This document shows, one piece after another, positions 18,958 to 28,496 of a stretch of 64,000 nt of DNA. A model generated the notes under the pieces. That model was not told the origin of the DNA and made no database searches. It saw only the letters and a list, made by a program, of their open reading frames with translations. A program made the translations under genes and the position numbers. Source of the stretch: an uncultured Candidatus Saccharibacteria bacterium (GTDB taxonomy: Bacteria > Patescibacteriota > Minisyncoccia > Minisyncoccales > UBA1441); contig CAZNED010000002.1 of NCBI GenBank assembly GCA_964572275.1, positions 12,582-76,581 on the forward strand, in the 5' to 3' direction. The number at the start of each line of letters is the position of its first letter. Positions within the stretch are counted from its first letter, which is position 1.

Positions 18958-20589
18958 TTAATTTTGTATTATCTTTTTTATCGGCAATTCTATAAAGAAA
19001 GTTGACCCTTGCCCCCGACCGGGACTTTTTACCCAAATACGACCTTTATGTTGGTCAACAAATTTACGAGCCACGTATAGCCCTAGACCAGCGCCAGATG
19101 AATGCAAATTAGAGCCTGATTCCCCCCGAGAAAAGCTCTGGAATAACTTTCCTATATCCTGCTTGTCCAACCCCACACCTGTATCTTTTATGGTTATTAA
19201 AATATGATCTGACGGGATAAATTTAATCAAGATAGTTATTCCTCCTTTCTCCGTATATTTTAAGGCATTATCTATAATATTCAGAAAAACTTGTCGGACT
19301 TTTTCGGAATCCATCTCTATCGCCGGCAAATCATCACTGGCAATAATTCTTAAATATAGATTCTTTTTTTCAGCTTCAGCGCTAAATTCTTTGGCTATAG
19401 CCATTATTAAATCTTTAATTGATTCTTCTTTGTAATTCATTACTGATTTTCCAGATTCAATTCTTGAGACATTCAATAAATCATTTGATAATTTTAAGAG
19501 TCTTAATGATGCCTCGTAAACCTCCTCTATTGTTTTTTGAGCTTCTATTGGTAATTGCCCAAAATCACCATGAACCAACATCGAAAGATATCCTCTCATA
19601 GCCGTTAACGGAGTTCTGAGCTGATGAGAAGCAATTGAAATAAATTCTGATTTAGCCTGATCTAGTTTTTTCAATTGAGTATTGGCTTTTTCCAATTCTA
19701 GCGTTATTTTCTCTAATTTTTCCCTTTGTTTTATTTCCTTGATGGTACTCCTTATTAGTAGCCATCCGAACACCAAGAAGACCACCAAGATTAAACTCTT
19801 TATCATTTGAAGCCAGATTTGATCTGTGAAAAAGATCAATTCTACGGATAAAAGAATCGTGATTAAAGTAATAAAAATAGAGGTAATTGCAATCTTGATA
19901 TCAAAAAGCTCTCTTTTAATCACAGCATAGGCAGTAAAAGCTATAAGTAAAATAATTGAATAATTCCCGAATTGATAGAATTCATTGGTTTGTCGATATA
20001 GAGGTAAAAATACATTGAAAATCAGGTTCATCAGGGCAAATATCGAAAGACCTAACACAAGATATTGTGCTTGTCTTTTTTTATGCAGAGAGAGCGTAGA
20101 GTATTTTGATATAATCCTAGCGATAATAATGAAAGTAAATAAAAACACCATGATATAGAATGGTGTCCCCATCAAACCAATCACCAGATCTGTCCCCCAT
20201 TTTGTAAATCTAACATCTTCAATCACTAAATTGGAAAAAGTGGCCAAAATAAAAAAGGTTATCCCTATTATGCTGACAGAAATATCGATGATTTTATTTC
20301 TCTTTTCCTGCAAATAAAAATTGGTTGCAAAAAAATAAGCTGATAAGAAAAAAAGTGAAATTGACCCGAATACAATCTTGCCAAATAAATGAGCCGTCTC
20401 AAGAACAGAAGAATAATTAGTAAGATAAGTGAAGTCTATCCACAATAAGGCAAAGAAAGTCATTAAACCGAAAGTCAATCTTTCTCTTCCAGCTTTTTGC
20501 GAAAAAGAAATGAAAAAGATAAGACCTATGCCCCCGATATTGCTTATCAGAACCATTACTTGATCAATTATTCCAATTAAATCTTTCAT
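18958..20589 (-). CDS. Sensor histidine kinase with multi-TM (HisKA_7TM-like) N-terminus
   Basis: ASHQLRTPL, NIIDNALKYT, DTGVG, GAGLGL. Probable start is ATG 20589, an ATGA overlap with the upstream gene. Confidence 0.9.
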   Translation of the reverse strand: MKDLIGIIDQVMVLISNIGGIGLIFFISFSQKAGRERLTFGLMTFFALLWIDFTYLTNYSSVLETAHLFGKIVFGSISLFFLSAYFFATNFYLQEKRNKIIDISVSIIGITFFILATFSNLVIEDVRFTKWGTDLVIGLMGTPFYIMVFLFTFIIIARIISKYSTLSLHKKRQAQYLVLGLSIFALMNLIFNVFLPLYRQTNEFYQFGNYSIILLIAFTAYAVIKRELFDIKIAITSIFITLITILLSVELIFFTDQIWLQMIKSLILVVFLVFGWLLIRSTIKEIKQREKLEKITLELEKANTQLKKLDQAKSEFISIASHQLRTPLTAMRGYLSMLVHGDFGQLPIEAQKTIEEVYEASLRLLKLSNDLLNVSRIESGKSVMNYKEESIKDLIMAIAKEFSAEAEKKNLYLRIIASDDLPAIEMDSEKVRQVFLNIIDNALKYTEKGGITILIKFIPSDHILITIKDTGVGLDKQDIGKLFQSFSRGESGSNLHSSGAGLGLYVARKFVDQHKGRIWVKSPGRGQGSTFFIELPIKKIIQN

Positions 20590-21455
20590 GAAATTCCCTG
20601 AGCTAATAATATTAAAGGAGCCCACCACACATTTTCTGCGTAAACTAAATTACCAGTCAGAGAAATAACATTTGTGCTTCTCTTATTTATAATCCATAAA
20701 TAAAAATAAGAATAAAGAGACATTGCTATCAAAATTAAAGAAAAAAACGGTAGGATTCCCTTTAACGCTCCGCCCATCAAGATTATTATCGGTAATATAT
20801 TGACGATAGCTAAAATTCTCAAAAATTTCTTTTGACCGAAAATAACAACTAACGTTTTTATTCCCTCTACCTTATCGCTATCAATATCCTTTATATCAGA
20901 AAAAGAAACGCCTATGAATATCCTAAGATATACAAATAATGAAAACAACCATACTCCCCAAGATAGCGGAGAAGAATAAAATAATGGCATCAAAATAATA
21001 AGCAGAGCCCAAATAAGCGGTACAAATAAATTCTTAAAACCAGGAATCTTCCTCGTGATTTTTTTTAGATATGAACCGTAAAATAATCCCGAGATAAGCA
21101 TGAGAAAGCCTAATATAGCAACTATGATTTTGATTTTTTCAATAAAGCATATCAGAGCAATTATCAATATACCGGCACAAATGATCATCGGAGTCCATTT
21201 CGCATAATATCTGCGGAAGTGTGTCGCCCGCTCTGTTTTAATTGACAAATCTTTTTTAATTTCAACATAACGATCATAAAGATAGACCATATATACCAAT
21301 AAATAAGCCATCACTAAGAATTTCCATTCTATGGGTAATACCAAGATTCTGGCAGCTGTAACAACTATGCTGACTGCCCCTAAAGACAATACATGCCCCC
21401 CATAAACAAATTCTTGCCGCACCAAATCTAGAATTTTTTTACTATGATTTATCAT
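20586..21455 (-). CDS. UbiA-superfamily membrane prenyltransferase-like protein
   Basis: Multi-TM, with acidic motifs YLYDRYVEIKKD and SDIKDIDSDKVEGIKTL. Confidence 0.8.
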   Translation of the reverse strand: MINHSKKILDLVRQEFVYGGHVLSLGAVSIVVTAARILVLPIEWKFLVMAYLLVYMVYLYDRYVEIKKDLSIKTERATHFRRYYAKWTPMIICAGILIIALICFIEKIKIIVAILGFLMLISGLFYGSYLKKITRKIPGFKNLFVPLIWALLIILMPLFYSSPLSWGVWLFSLFVYLRIFIGVSFSDIKDIDSDKVEGIKTLVVIFGQKKFLRILAIVNILPIIILMGGALKGILPFFSLILIAMSLYSYFYLWIINKRSTNVISLTGNLVYAENVWWAPLILLAQGIS

Positions 21456-21470
21456 ATTGCGATGAGTTTG

Positions 21471-22490
21471 CTATTTTATTCTCAACATAATTCCAGAAGC
21501 TATATCTCTTAATAAATCATTCCACTCATTTTTGGGTAACTTTTCGAGAGATGCATGAGCTTGTTTAATAAAATTTTGGCCCAGTGAAATAGTCTCATCG
21601 CGAGCCATTGTTGCCTTTACCATTTCTATCGCTTCGTTAATCATATCTTCTGTTTTGGTATCATAACGAAGAATGTCTATAAATCTTTGCTTTTCATTGG
21701 TTTTCATCCCGTCTAAAGCATAGATTAACACCACATTGCTTCTCTTCCCCTCTCTGATGTCTTTACCTGTTTCTTTTCCGAAAATCTCTTCTTCGCCGAA
21801 GATGTCTAACAGGTCATCGCTAATTTGAAAAGCCATCCCTAAGTTAAATGCGTAATCGGCAATTAAATTTTCCTGATCTTGCGTGGCATCAGCTACTAGT
21901 GCCCCCGATCGAGCCGCTATAATGAATAAAGCTGCTGTTTTTTCTGCCACTATCCTCTGATAAGTATCAAGATTGACTTCTGGAAAAAGAGCTTGCTTCA
22001 AATATTCAGAGGTTTCTTTCGGTTGAGCGTCGGCCAAGATATCCTTAACTTCTCCTTCAATAACTATCTTTAATGCCGAAGCTAATTCTTTCGATATTTT
22101 TTCCGATTTCTTAGATATTCCCCCTGCTTGCATTAAAGAAGCAGCATAGTGCATTCCTGCACACTGAGCCAGCGATTGGCCGTATTTTTTCCAAGTAGTT
22201 TCTTTCCCCCGCCTTAATTGACTGCGATCGATAATATCATCGATAATCAATGTATAGTTGTGCAGAATTTCTAATCCTGCTGCCGGATAAATAATATCTG
22301 ACCATTTTCCTCCAAACAAAAAACAGCTAGCCGCAGCGATAGCTGGACGTAGCCGTTTTCCACCGGAATTAATCTGGTAAAGAACCATTTCTTCTCGCGC
22401 CGGATCAAGATTAAGCATTAAAACTTCTTTGATAACCGGTTCCACGCGATCACTTACTTCTTTTATAAAATCATCAACATTAGAAGACAT
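21471..22490 (-). CDS. Trans-polyprenyl diphosphate synthase (type I GGPPS-like)
   Basis: GGKRLRP, HNYTLIIDDIIDRSQLRRG, KTA, FQISDDLLD, GKETGKDIREGK. Confidence 0.9.
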   Translation of the reverse strand: MSSNVDDFIKEVSDRVEPVIKEVLMLNLDPAREEMVLYQINSGGKRLRPAIAAASCFLFGGKWSDIIYPAAGLEILHNYTLIIDDIIDRSQLRRGKETTWKKYGQSLAQCAGMHYAASLMQAGGISKKSEKISKELASALKIVIEGEVKDILADAQPKETSEYLKQALFPEVNLDTYQRIVAEKTAALFIIAARSGALVADATQDQENLIADYAFNLGMAFQISDDLLDIFGEEEIFGKETGKDIREGKRSNVVLIYALDGMKTNEKQRFIDILRYDTKTEDMINEAIEMVKATMARDETISLGQNFIKQAHASLEKLPKNEWNDLLRDIASGIMLRIK

Positions 22491-22514
22491 CAGTATTATT
22501 TATAATTTATTTAA

Positions 22515-23699
22515 TCATATAATATCTAAAAATCGAATTTTGCCTTTTTGTAAGACAGAGCCAGGATTAACAGTAAAATCAATATTCTTTACGATTTGCC
22601 CATCCACTTTCACGCCTCCCTGTTCAACAATCCGACGAGCGTCTGATCTTGATACTGCCAGACCTGATTCAGATAAAACAGAGACTATATCATAATGTTC
22701 CGGATGGAATTTTTGTCGTTCAGATGGAATTTCTCTTTGCGAGAATACCTTTGTGAAATAATCTTTAGCTGTTTGGGCCGCTTTGTCAGAATGATACATG
22801 CGCACAATTTCAGAAGCTAATTCCGCTTTTACATCTCGAGGATTGATGCCTGATTTGAGATCATTCTTATACTTATCAATAATCAATGCATCAACTCGTG
22901 TAAAAAGAATAAAATATTCGATAATCGAATCATCTTTCATAGACATTATCTTTCCGAATATATCATTCGGTGCATCTAGAAAATTTATCGTATTACCGAA
23001 GCTCGAACTCATCTTTCTGCCATCAAGACCGGCGACCAATGGACCAGTTAATATGTCTTGCGGAGATTGACCATAGAATTTCTGCATATCTCGGCCAGCT
23101 AAAAGATTAAATCTCTGGTCGGTCCCACCCACTTCGACGTCAGCTTTTATCTGAACTGAATCGTAACCTTGCATTAAAGGATAAAGAACTTCGCGCAGAG
23201 AAACCCTCCGACCATTCTTCATTCTGGTATCAATATTTTCTCTAGAAATAAACTCGTTTAAAGAGAATTGATCGGCTTGACGATTAATCTCAGCATAGTC
23301 AAGTTTCTTCAGCCATCTGCTATTATAGTGAACTTCTGCCTGCTTAATATCTATTATCTTGGCCATTTGCCTGATATAAGTCTTGGCATTAGCCTTAACC
23401 ACTTTCTCGGGAAGCATCGGCCTTTCGCTTCCTTTATCAGAAGTGTCGCCAATCAAACCAGTAAAATCTCCAATAATAATAACCACTTGATGGCCTAATT
23501 CTTGGAAGTCTCGCAATTTTAGTAGAGGAACCGACCGGCCTAAATGCAAATTTAGGCTAGTTGGATCAATTCCCAATTTAATTCGCAATCTCCGGCCGCT
23601 CTCTAATTTATTTTTTAGATTATTAAAATCAATGACTTCTTCAACTCCTCGACTTAATAATTTTCCTATTTTGTCTGCATTAACCATTATTCTGTTCAT
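22515..23699 (-). CDS. tyrS: Tyrosine--tRNA ligase
   Basis: GIDPT..LHLG, YPLMQGYDS, GGTDQRFN, KMSSS, C-terminal S4 domain. Confidence 0.95.
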   Translation of the reverse strand: MNRIMVNADKIGKLLSRGVEEVIDFNNLKNKLESGRRLRIKLGIDPTSLNLHLGRSVPLLKLRDFQELGHQVVIIIGDFTGLIGDTSDKGSERPMLPEKVVKANAKTYIRQMAKIIDIKQAEVHYNSRWLKKLDYAEINRQADQFSLNEFISRENIDTRMKNGRRVSLREVLYPLMQGYDSVQIKADVEVGGTDQRFNLLAGRDMQKFYGQSPQDILTGPLVAGLDGRKMSSSFGNTINFLDAPNDIFGKIMSMKDDSIIEYFILFTRVDALIIDKYKNDLKSGINPRDVKAELASEIVRMYHSDKAAQTAKDYFTKVFSQREIPSERQKFHPEHYDIVSVLSESGLAVSRSDARRIVEQGGVKVDGQIVKNIDFTVNPGSVLQKGKIRFLDII

Positions 23700-23722
23700 A
23701 GTTGCGAAGCAAGCATTGAATA

Positions 23723-24166
23723 TTATTCTCCAATAACTTGCACTTGAATTGTCCTGGGGCGGGCATGATCAAGTTCTACTAAAAATATTCTTTGCCATTG
23801 CCCCAATTGCAATTTATTCTCTTTAAAATTCAACGTAATGCTTGCAGGCAAATGAATGGCTTTGCAATGAGAATGACCATTAACACATTCATCGGGACAC
23901 ATGTTGACTGTCCTTCGGTCGAAATCGTCATGATTATAATTACCATCTTTCGGCGCGATATTGTTTAAATTCAATTTAATATCTTCTAATAAAAGAGGTT
24001 CATTTTCATTAATCATCAGAGCAGCCGAAGTATGCAAACATTGAACATTAACTAATCCATTTTTAATGCTAGTGCCTGCTAAAAATTCCTTTATCTGGTC
24101 AGTTAAGTCGATAAAATCGAATAATTCTTTGGTTTGAAAGCTAAGGTCGATTGAATCTGATTTCAT
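23723..24166 (-). CDS. YjbQ/UPF0047 family protein
   Basis: HTSAALMINENEP, NGHSH, LGQWQRIFLVELD. Confidence 0.9.
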   Translation of the reverse strand: MKSDSIDLSFQTKELFDFIDLTDQIKEFLAGTSIKNGLVNVQCLHTSAALMINENEPLLLEDIKLNLNNIAPKDGNYNHDDFDRRTVNMCPDECVNGHSHCKAIHLPASITLNFKENKLQLGQWQRIFLVELDHARPRTIQVQVIGE

Positions 24167-24293
24167 ATTTATATTTGGATAATATTAAATAATAATATTG
24201 CTGTGTATTTATAAAAATATCACTTTTTGTAAAAACACAAAACTCAGCAAAATTAAACAGTCATATAATAACACCAATAAACGCTGAAAACCA

Positions 24294-25925
24294 CTATACT
24301 CTCGTAGCCGCTTTCAGGAATTCCGTAAACAAAGGATGAGGATCAAGCGGTCTAGCTTGAAATTCCGGATGAAATTGTGTTCCCATAAAAAATGGATGTT
24401 GTGAGTTCGGAAGCTCCATGATTTCCATCAAGCGACCATCTGGGGAACATCCAGAAAAGATCATTCCCTTCTCTTCTAGTTTTTGGATATATAATGGATT
24501 AACTTCAAAACGATGACGATGTCTCTCTGAGATTTTTTCTTTCTTATAGGCATGAAAAGCAATCGTCCCTTTTTTAACAACTGCCGGGTAAGAACCTAAT
24601 CTCATCGTTCCTCCATAATTATGATGATCAATATTCTTTTTCTGATCTAACATAATATCAATCACTGGATGAGTTGTCTTGGGGTCAATCTCGGTTGTGT
24701 TGGCTGATAGCCCTAAAACATTTTGAGCATATTCTATTATCGCCAATTGCATGCCATAACATAAACCTAAATAAGGTATTTTATTTTCCCGAACATAATT
24801 AATAACCATAAGTTTTCCCTTGATTCCAGTATCACCAAATCCTCCGGGCACGATTACTCCGTCATATTTCTTTATTATTTTCAAATCCATTCGTCCAGAT
24901 TCAAAATCTTGAGCCGAAATCCAATCAATAACGGGTCGCCTCTTTAAATAATAAGCTGAAAATTTTATCGCCTCAATAACTGAAACATAAACATCTCCAA
25001 GTATGAAATCTCCCGTATTGAAATATTTACCCACCACTGCAATTTTAATAGGATTGCCATTATTATGGGTTAAATTTATCCATTTTTGCCAATCATCAAG
25101 CTTCGGACGACGATTAATTAGATGAAGTTTGCGACAAATAAATTTCCCCAACTCAAATTTTTCAAAATTAAGGGGAACATCATAAATACTTTCCACGTCA
25201 GGAGCTGACAAGACAAATTCGCTTTGAATATTACAAGATATCGCTATCTTTTCACGTCGCTTATGATCGATAGGACCATCACTACGAGCTAAGATAATAT
25301 CAGGCTGAATACCATAGGAATTGAGAAGTCTGACGGCATTCTGCGTTGGTTTTGTCTTCATTTCTCCAATCTTTTTAGGGACAGGAAGATACGTAACTAT
25401 TATAAAAAGGACATCTTCAGGATGACGCAATTTCAAAATACGAGCCGCTTCAATAAACATGATATTCTGATAATCACCAATCGTTCCACCGATCTCCACG
25501 ACCGAAACATCAGATTGATGCAATCTGGTAGAAATCTTGATCCGACGTATGATTTCTTCGACAATATGAGGAATGGCCTCGACGCATTGCCCTTTATATA
25601 ATAGCCGGCGCTCCCTATCGATAACATCTCGATAAACCATCCCACTCGTCATATAATCTTGGCTCAAAGCATCATAATTAAGGAATCTCTCGTAATTACC
25701 CATGTCTTGGTCACATTCCAAACCGGAACGTAAAACAAAAACTTCGCCGTGCTCTGTGGGATTCATCGTCCCAGCATCGACATTGAGATAAGAATCTATT
25801 TTTATTAAATTAATTTTTAATCCTCGAGCTTGCAGAATTTTGCCGATAGAAGCCGTTGCAATTCCCTTGCCAATGCCCGACATAACTCCACCTAGAACAA
25901 AGATGTATTTCGGACGGCTTGCCAT
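24294..25925 (-). CDS. pyrG: CTP synthase
   Basis: GGVMSGIGKG, GTMNPTEHGEVF, KTKPTQ, GLCYGMQ, QFHPEF. Confidence 0.97.
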   Translation of the reverse strand: MASRPKYIFVLGGVMSGIGKGIATASIGKILQARGLKINLIKIDSYLNVDAGTMNPTEHGEVFVLRSGLECDQDMGNYERFLNYDALSQDYMTSGMVYRDVIDRERRLLYKGQCVEAIPHIVEEIIRRIKISTRLHQSDVSVVEIGGTIGDYQNIMFIEAARILKLRHPEDVLFIIVTYLPVPKKIGEMKTKPTQNAVRLLNSYGIQPDIILARSDGPIDHKRREKIAISCNIQSEFVLSAPDVESIYDVPLNFEKFELGKFICRKLHLINRRPKLDDWQKWINLTHNNGNPIKIAVVGKYFNTGDFILGDVYVSVIEAIKFSAYYLKRRPVIDWISAQDFESGRMDLKIIKKYDGVIVPGGFGDTGIKGKLMVINYVRENKIPYLGLCYGMQLAIIEYAQNVLGLSANTTEIDPKTTHPVIDIMLDQKKNIDHHNYGGTMRLGSYPAVVKKGTIAFHAYKKEKISERHRHRFEVNPLYIQKLEEKGMIFSGCSPDGRLMEIMELPNSQHPFFMGTQFHPEFQARPLDPHPLFTEFLKAATRV

Positions 25926-25928
25926 GAG

Positions 25929-26834
25929 TTAGCGTTTGGACTTAAGTCGATACTGATAGATATCAACTAATAATGGACTGGCGATAAAAAGAGAAGAATA
26001 AGTTCCGGAAGCAATTCCCACGATCAATGCCATGGCAAATAGATAAAGCGTCTTTCCCCCTAATAAAAGTAAAAACACTAAGACCATAATTGTTGTTAAA
26101 GACGTTTTAACCGAACGGCTTAATGACTGATTTAAAGAATGGTTAACAGCTTCTCGATAGTCTCGACCGACTCCTTTGAGCAGATTCTCCCTAATACGAT
26201 CGAACACTACCACCGAATCATTTATAGAGTACCCGAATACTATCAATAAGGCAGTTATAATTGGAATATTCATTTCGGCTCCAGCAAATTTACCTAAGGA
26301 GACAAATGTCCCTAGCATAATCAACATATCGAAACACAGGGCTATTAGTGCCGTTAAACCATATTGCCAACTAGGAATAGGACGATAGATTTTCCTGAAT
26401 GCCCAACTGATGTAAAGCAATATGGCCAACAGAGACAGAAGAGCTGCCTGGCTGGTTTTATCTGTCAATTCTTGGCTTATCGTTGATGATATAATTTCGA
26501 ATTCGTATGATCCTTCGGCTAAACTGCCCTTCTCCGAAAGTACTTCCATAATCTTAATGCGAAGTTCTTCACTGATTTGTCCAGTTGTCTGGATCATAAT
26601 GCCTCTATCATCAGCTGTCCTTATTTCAGCCGCGCCCAAACCCAGTTCTTGCATGCTCATTCTGAGTTCGCTAACAGCTGGGACATCAGATTCGTATTCC
26701 ACATATAACGAGCTCCCGCCCTTAAAATCTATACCCCAATTCAGACCCCAGAAAATCAAGCTAGCTATGCTAACTAAAGCTAATACTAATGAAAGCAAGT
26801 AGAACCATTTACGATAACGAATAAAGTCAAACAT
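25929..26834 (-). CDS. secF: Protein translocase subunit SecF
   Basis: GIDFKGG, GYSINDSVVVFDRIRENL, GTYSSLFIASP. Confidence 0.95.
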   Translation of the reverse strand: MFDFIRYRKWFYLLSLVLALVSIASLIFWGLNWGIDFKGGSSLYVEYESDVPAVSELRMSMQELGLGAAEIRTADDRGIMIQTTGQISEELRIKIMEVLSEKGSLAEGSYEFEIISSTISQELTDKTSQAALLSLLAILLYISWAFRKIYRPIPSWQYGLTALIALCFDMLIMLGTFVSLGKFAGAEMNIPIITALLIVFGYSINDSVVVFDRIRENLLKGVGRDYREAVNHSLNQSLSRSVKTSLTTIMVLVFLLLLGGKTLYLFAMALIVGIASGTYSSLFIASPLLVDIYQYRLKSKR

Positions 26835-26837
26835 ATT

Positions 26838-28493
26838 TCAAGAAGGCCAAAGCCATTTTATTTTTTTCTCTGGGTTGTTATAAAAAAGGCGCAATAGCGA
26901 ACGAGTAACGAATATGGCCGAGAACAAACTCAATATGACACCCAATCCCAGAATTAAAGCAAATCCTTTAATGAAGCTCGTTCCAAAAAACCACATGATG
27001 ACTGCCACCACTAAGGTTGTTATGTTACCATCTCGGATTGATGGCCAAGCTCTTTGAAACCCAACTTCAACGGCTCGATCTATCCCCCGAGCCTCTCTAA
27101 GCTCTTCCTTCATTCTTTCAAAAATAAGAATATTCGCGTCAACAGCCATGCCTATCGATAAGATTGCACCACCGATCCCGGCCATTGTTAAAGTAATTTG
27201 AGGGATAAGCTTAAAGAAAGCTAATAAAAAGATTACAAAGCAGATCAAGGCAATACTCGCCATTAATCCAGGTAATCTGTAAAATAAGATCATAAAGGCA
27301 ATTACCGCCAAAAGCCCCCATAAACCTGCCGATAAAGATTTATCCAACGACTCTTTGCCTAAAATCGGTCCGACTGTTTTCTGAGAAATAAGCTCAATCG
27401 GTACTGGTAAGGCACCGCTTTTCAAGCGTTGCGCAATCTGCGAAGCCTCAACTGGCGTCATGCTTCCACTGATAATAGCTTTGCCTCCGGAAATCTTCTC
27501 CTGCACGACTGGGGCATAAAGATCATTCTCGTCAATTATTCCATCGGAATTTGTGTCTATAATAGCTTTTCCATCAAGGAATATTGCCAATGGTTTATTT
27601 ATATTCCTTTCAGTTATTGTTTCAAAAAGAATGGATCCTTCTTGATTGAATTCAAGCTCCACAACTGCTTGCCCCGTGACCGGATCTAAAGAGCGCCGAG
27701 CAGTTGCAAGATGCTTCCCTGTTAGCTCTGTGTTGCGCCAGAATGAAAAAGATTCGCCGACTTCCTGTGTCGCAAATAAAATATGACTAGCCCGAATCTG
27801 TCCCTCTTCATTTTCTGCACCAGTTTTCTTAATAATGTGATAGCCGAATTCTGTTTGAACCAACTCTGACGTGATTTCTCCTTCTTCCAACTCAAAGGCG
27901 GCTTCTGAAAATTCAGCAACCATGTCTTCGGCGCGGAACCAACCCAGATCACCACCGTTTTCTCCCGAAGAACAATCTGAATATTCTTTCGCTAATTCCG
28001 AAAAATCACCGCCAACTAAGACCAAATCCAAAACTGTTTTAGCTTTTTCTAAAACTGTTTTATTAAAAGACTCTACTAATTCCTGATCTTCTTCACTGAA
28101 TTCAGATTCAGAAACCTCTTTAAATTCCAAAACTGGCGTTTCTCCAATCATTTCCAAAGCCTCTTGCAAATTAAGAACTCCCGGTAATTCAATCGATAAT
28201 TGATTAACTCCCTCCCTAACGGCCACTCTTGGCTCAGCGATACCAAAAAAGTTAATACGCCTCTCTATAACATCACGCACTCCTGCCAGTGCATCGGAAT
28301 GTTCTTCTTCGGACACGGATGATAAATCAGCTTGATATATTAAACTTGCTCCACCTTGCAGATCTAGACCATAGCGAAAATCGCGCTCGGGCAACCAAGA
28401 AGGTGACCACGGTCCAGGATAAGCAAAAGCAAAAGCAAAATAAGCTAAAACTAACAAAAAAAGCAAAAACAATATATTTCTGCGATAAGTCAT
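26838..28493 (-). CDS. secD: Protein translocase subunit SecD with inserted parvulin PPIase domain
   Basis: GLDLQGG, SGALP and GMAVDANILIFER, plus parvulin motifs FSELAKEYSD, GGDLGWF and FGYHIIK. Confidence 0.93.
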   Translation of the reverse strand: MTYRRNILFLLFLLVLAYFAFAFAYPGPWSPSWLPERDFRYGLDLQGGASLIYQADLSSVSEEEHSDALAGVRDVIERRINFFGIAEPRVAVREGVNQLSIELPGVLNLQEALEMIGETPVLEFKEVSESEFSEEDQELVESFNKTVLEKAKTVLDLVLVGGDFSELAKEYSDCSSGENGGDLGWFRAEDMVAEFSEAAFELEEGEITSELVQTEFGYHIIKKTGAENEEGQIRASHILFATQEVGESFSFWRNTELTGKHLATARRSLDPVTGQAVVELEFNQEGSILFETITERNINKPLAIFLDGKAIIDTNSDGIIDENDLYAPVVQEKISGGKAIISGSMTPVEASQIAQRLKSGALPVPIELISQKTVGPILGKESLDKSLSAGLWGLLAVIAFMILFYRLPGLMASIALICFVIFLLAFFKLIPQITLTMAGIGGAILSIGMAVDANILIFERMKEELREARGIDRAVEVGFQRAWPSIRDGNITTLVVAVIMWFFGTSFIKGFALILGLGVILSLFSAIFVTRSLLRLFYNNPEKKIKWLWPS

Positions 28494-28496
28494 TTT

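Noticed and set aside
20586-22490. Complete archaeal ether-lipid or quinone pathway
   Set aside because: No GGGP synthase, G1P dehydrogenase or men/ubi genes are in the window. They cannot be excluded elsewhere in the genome.
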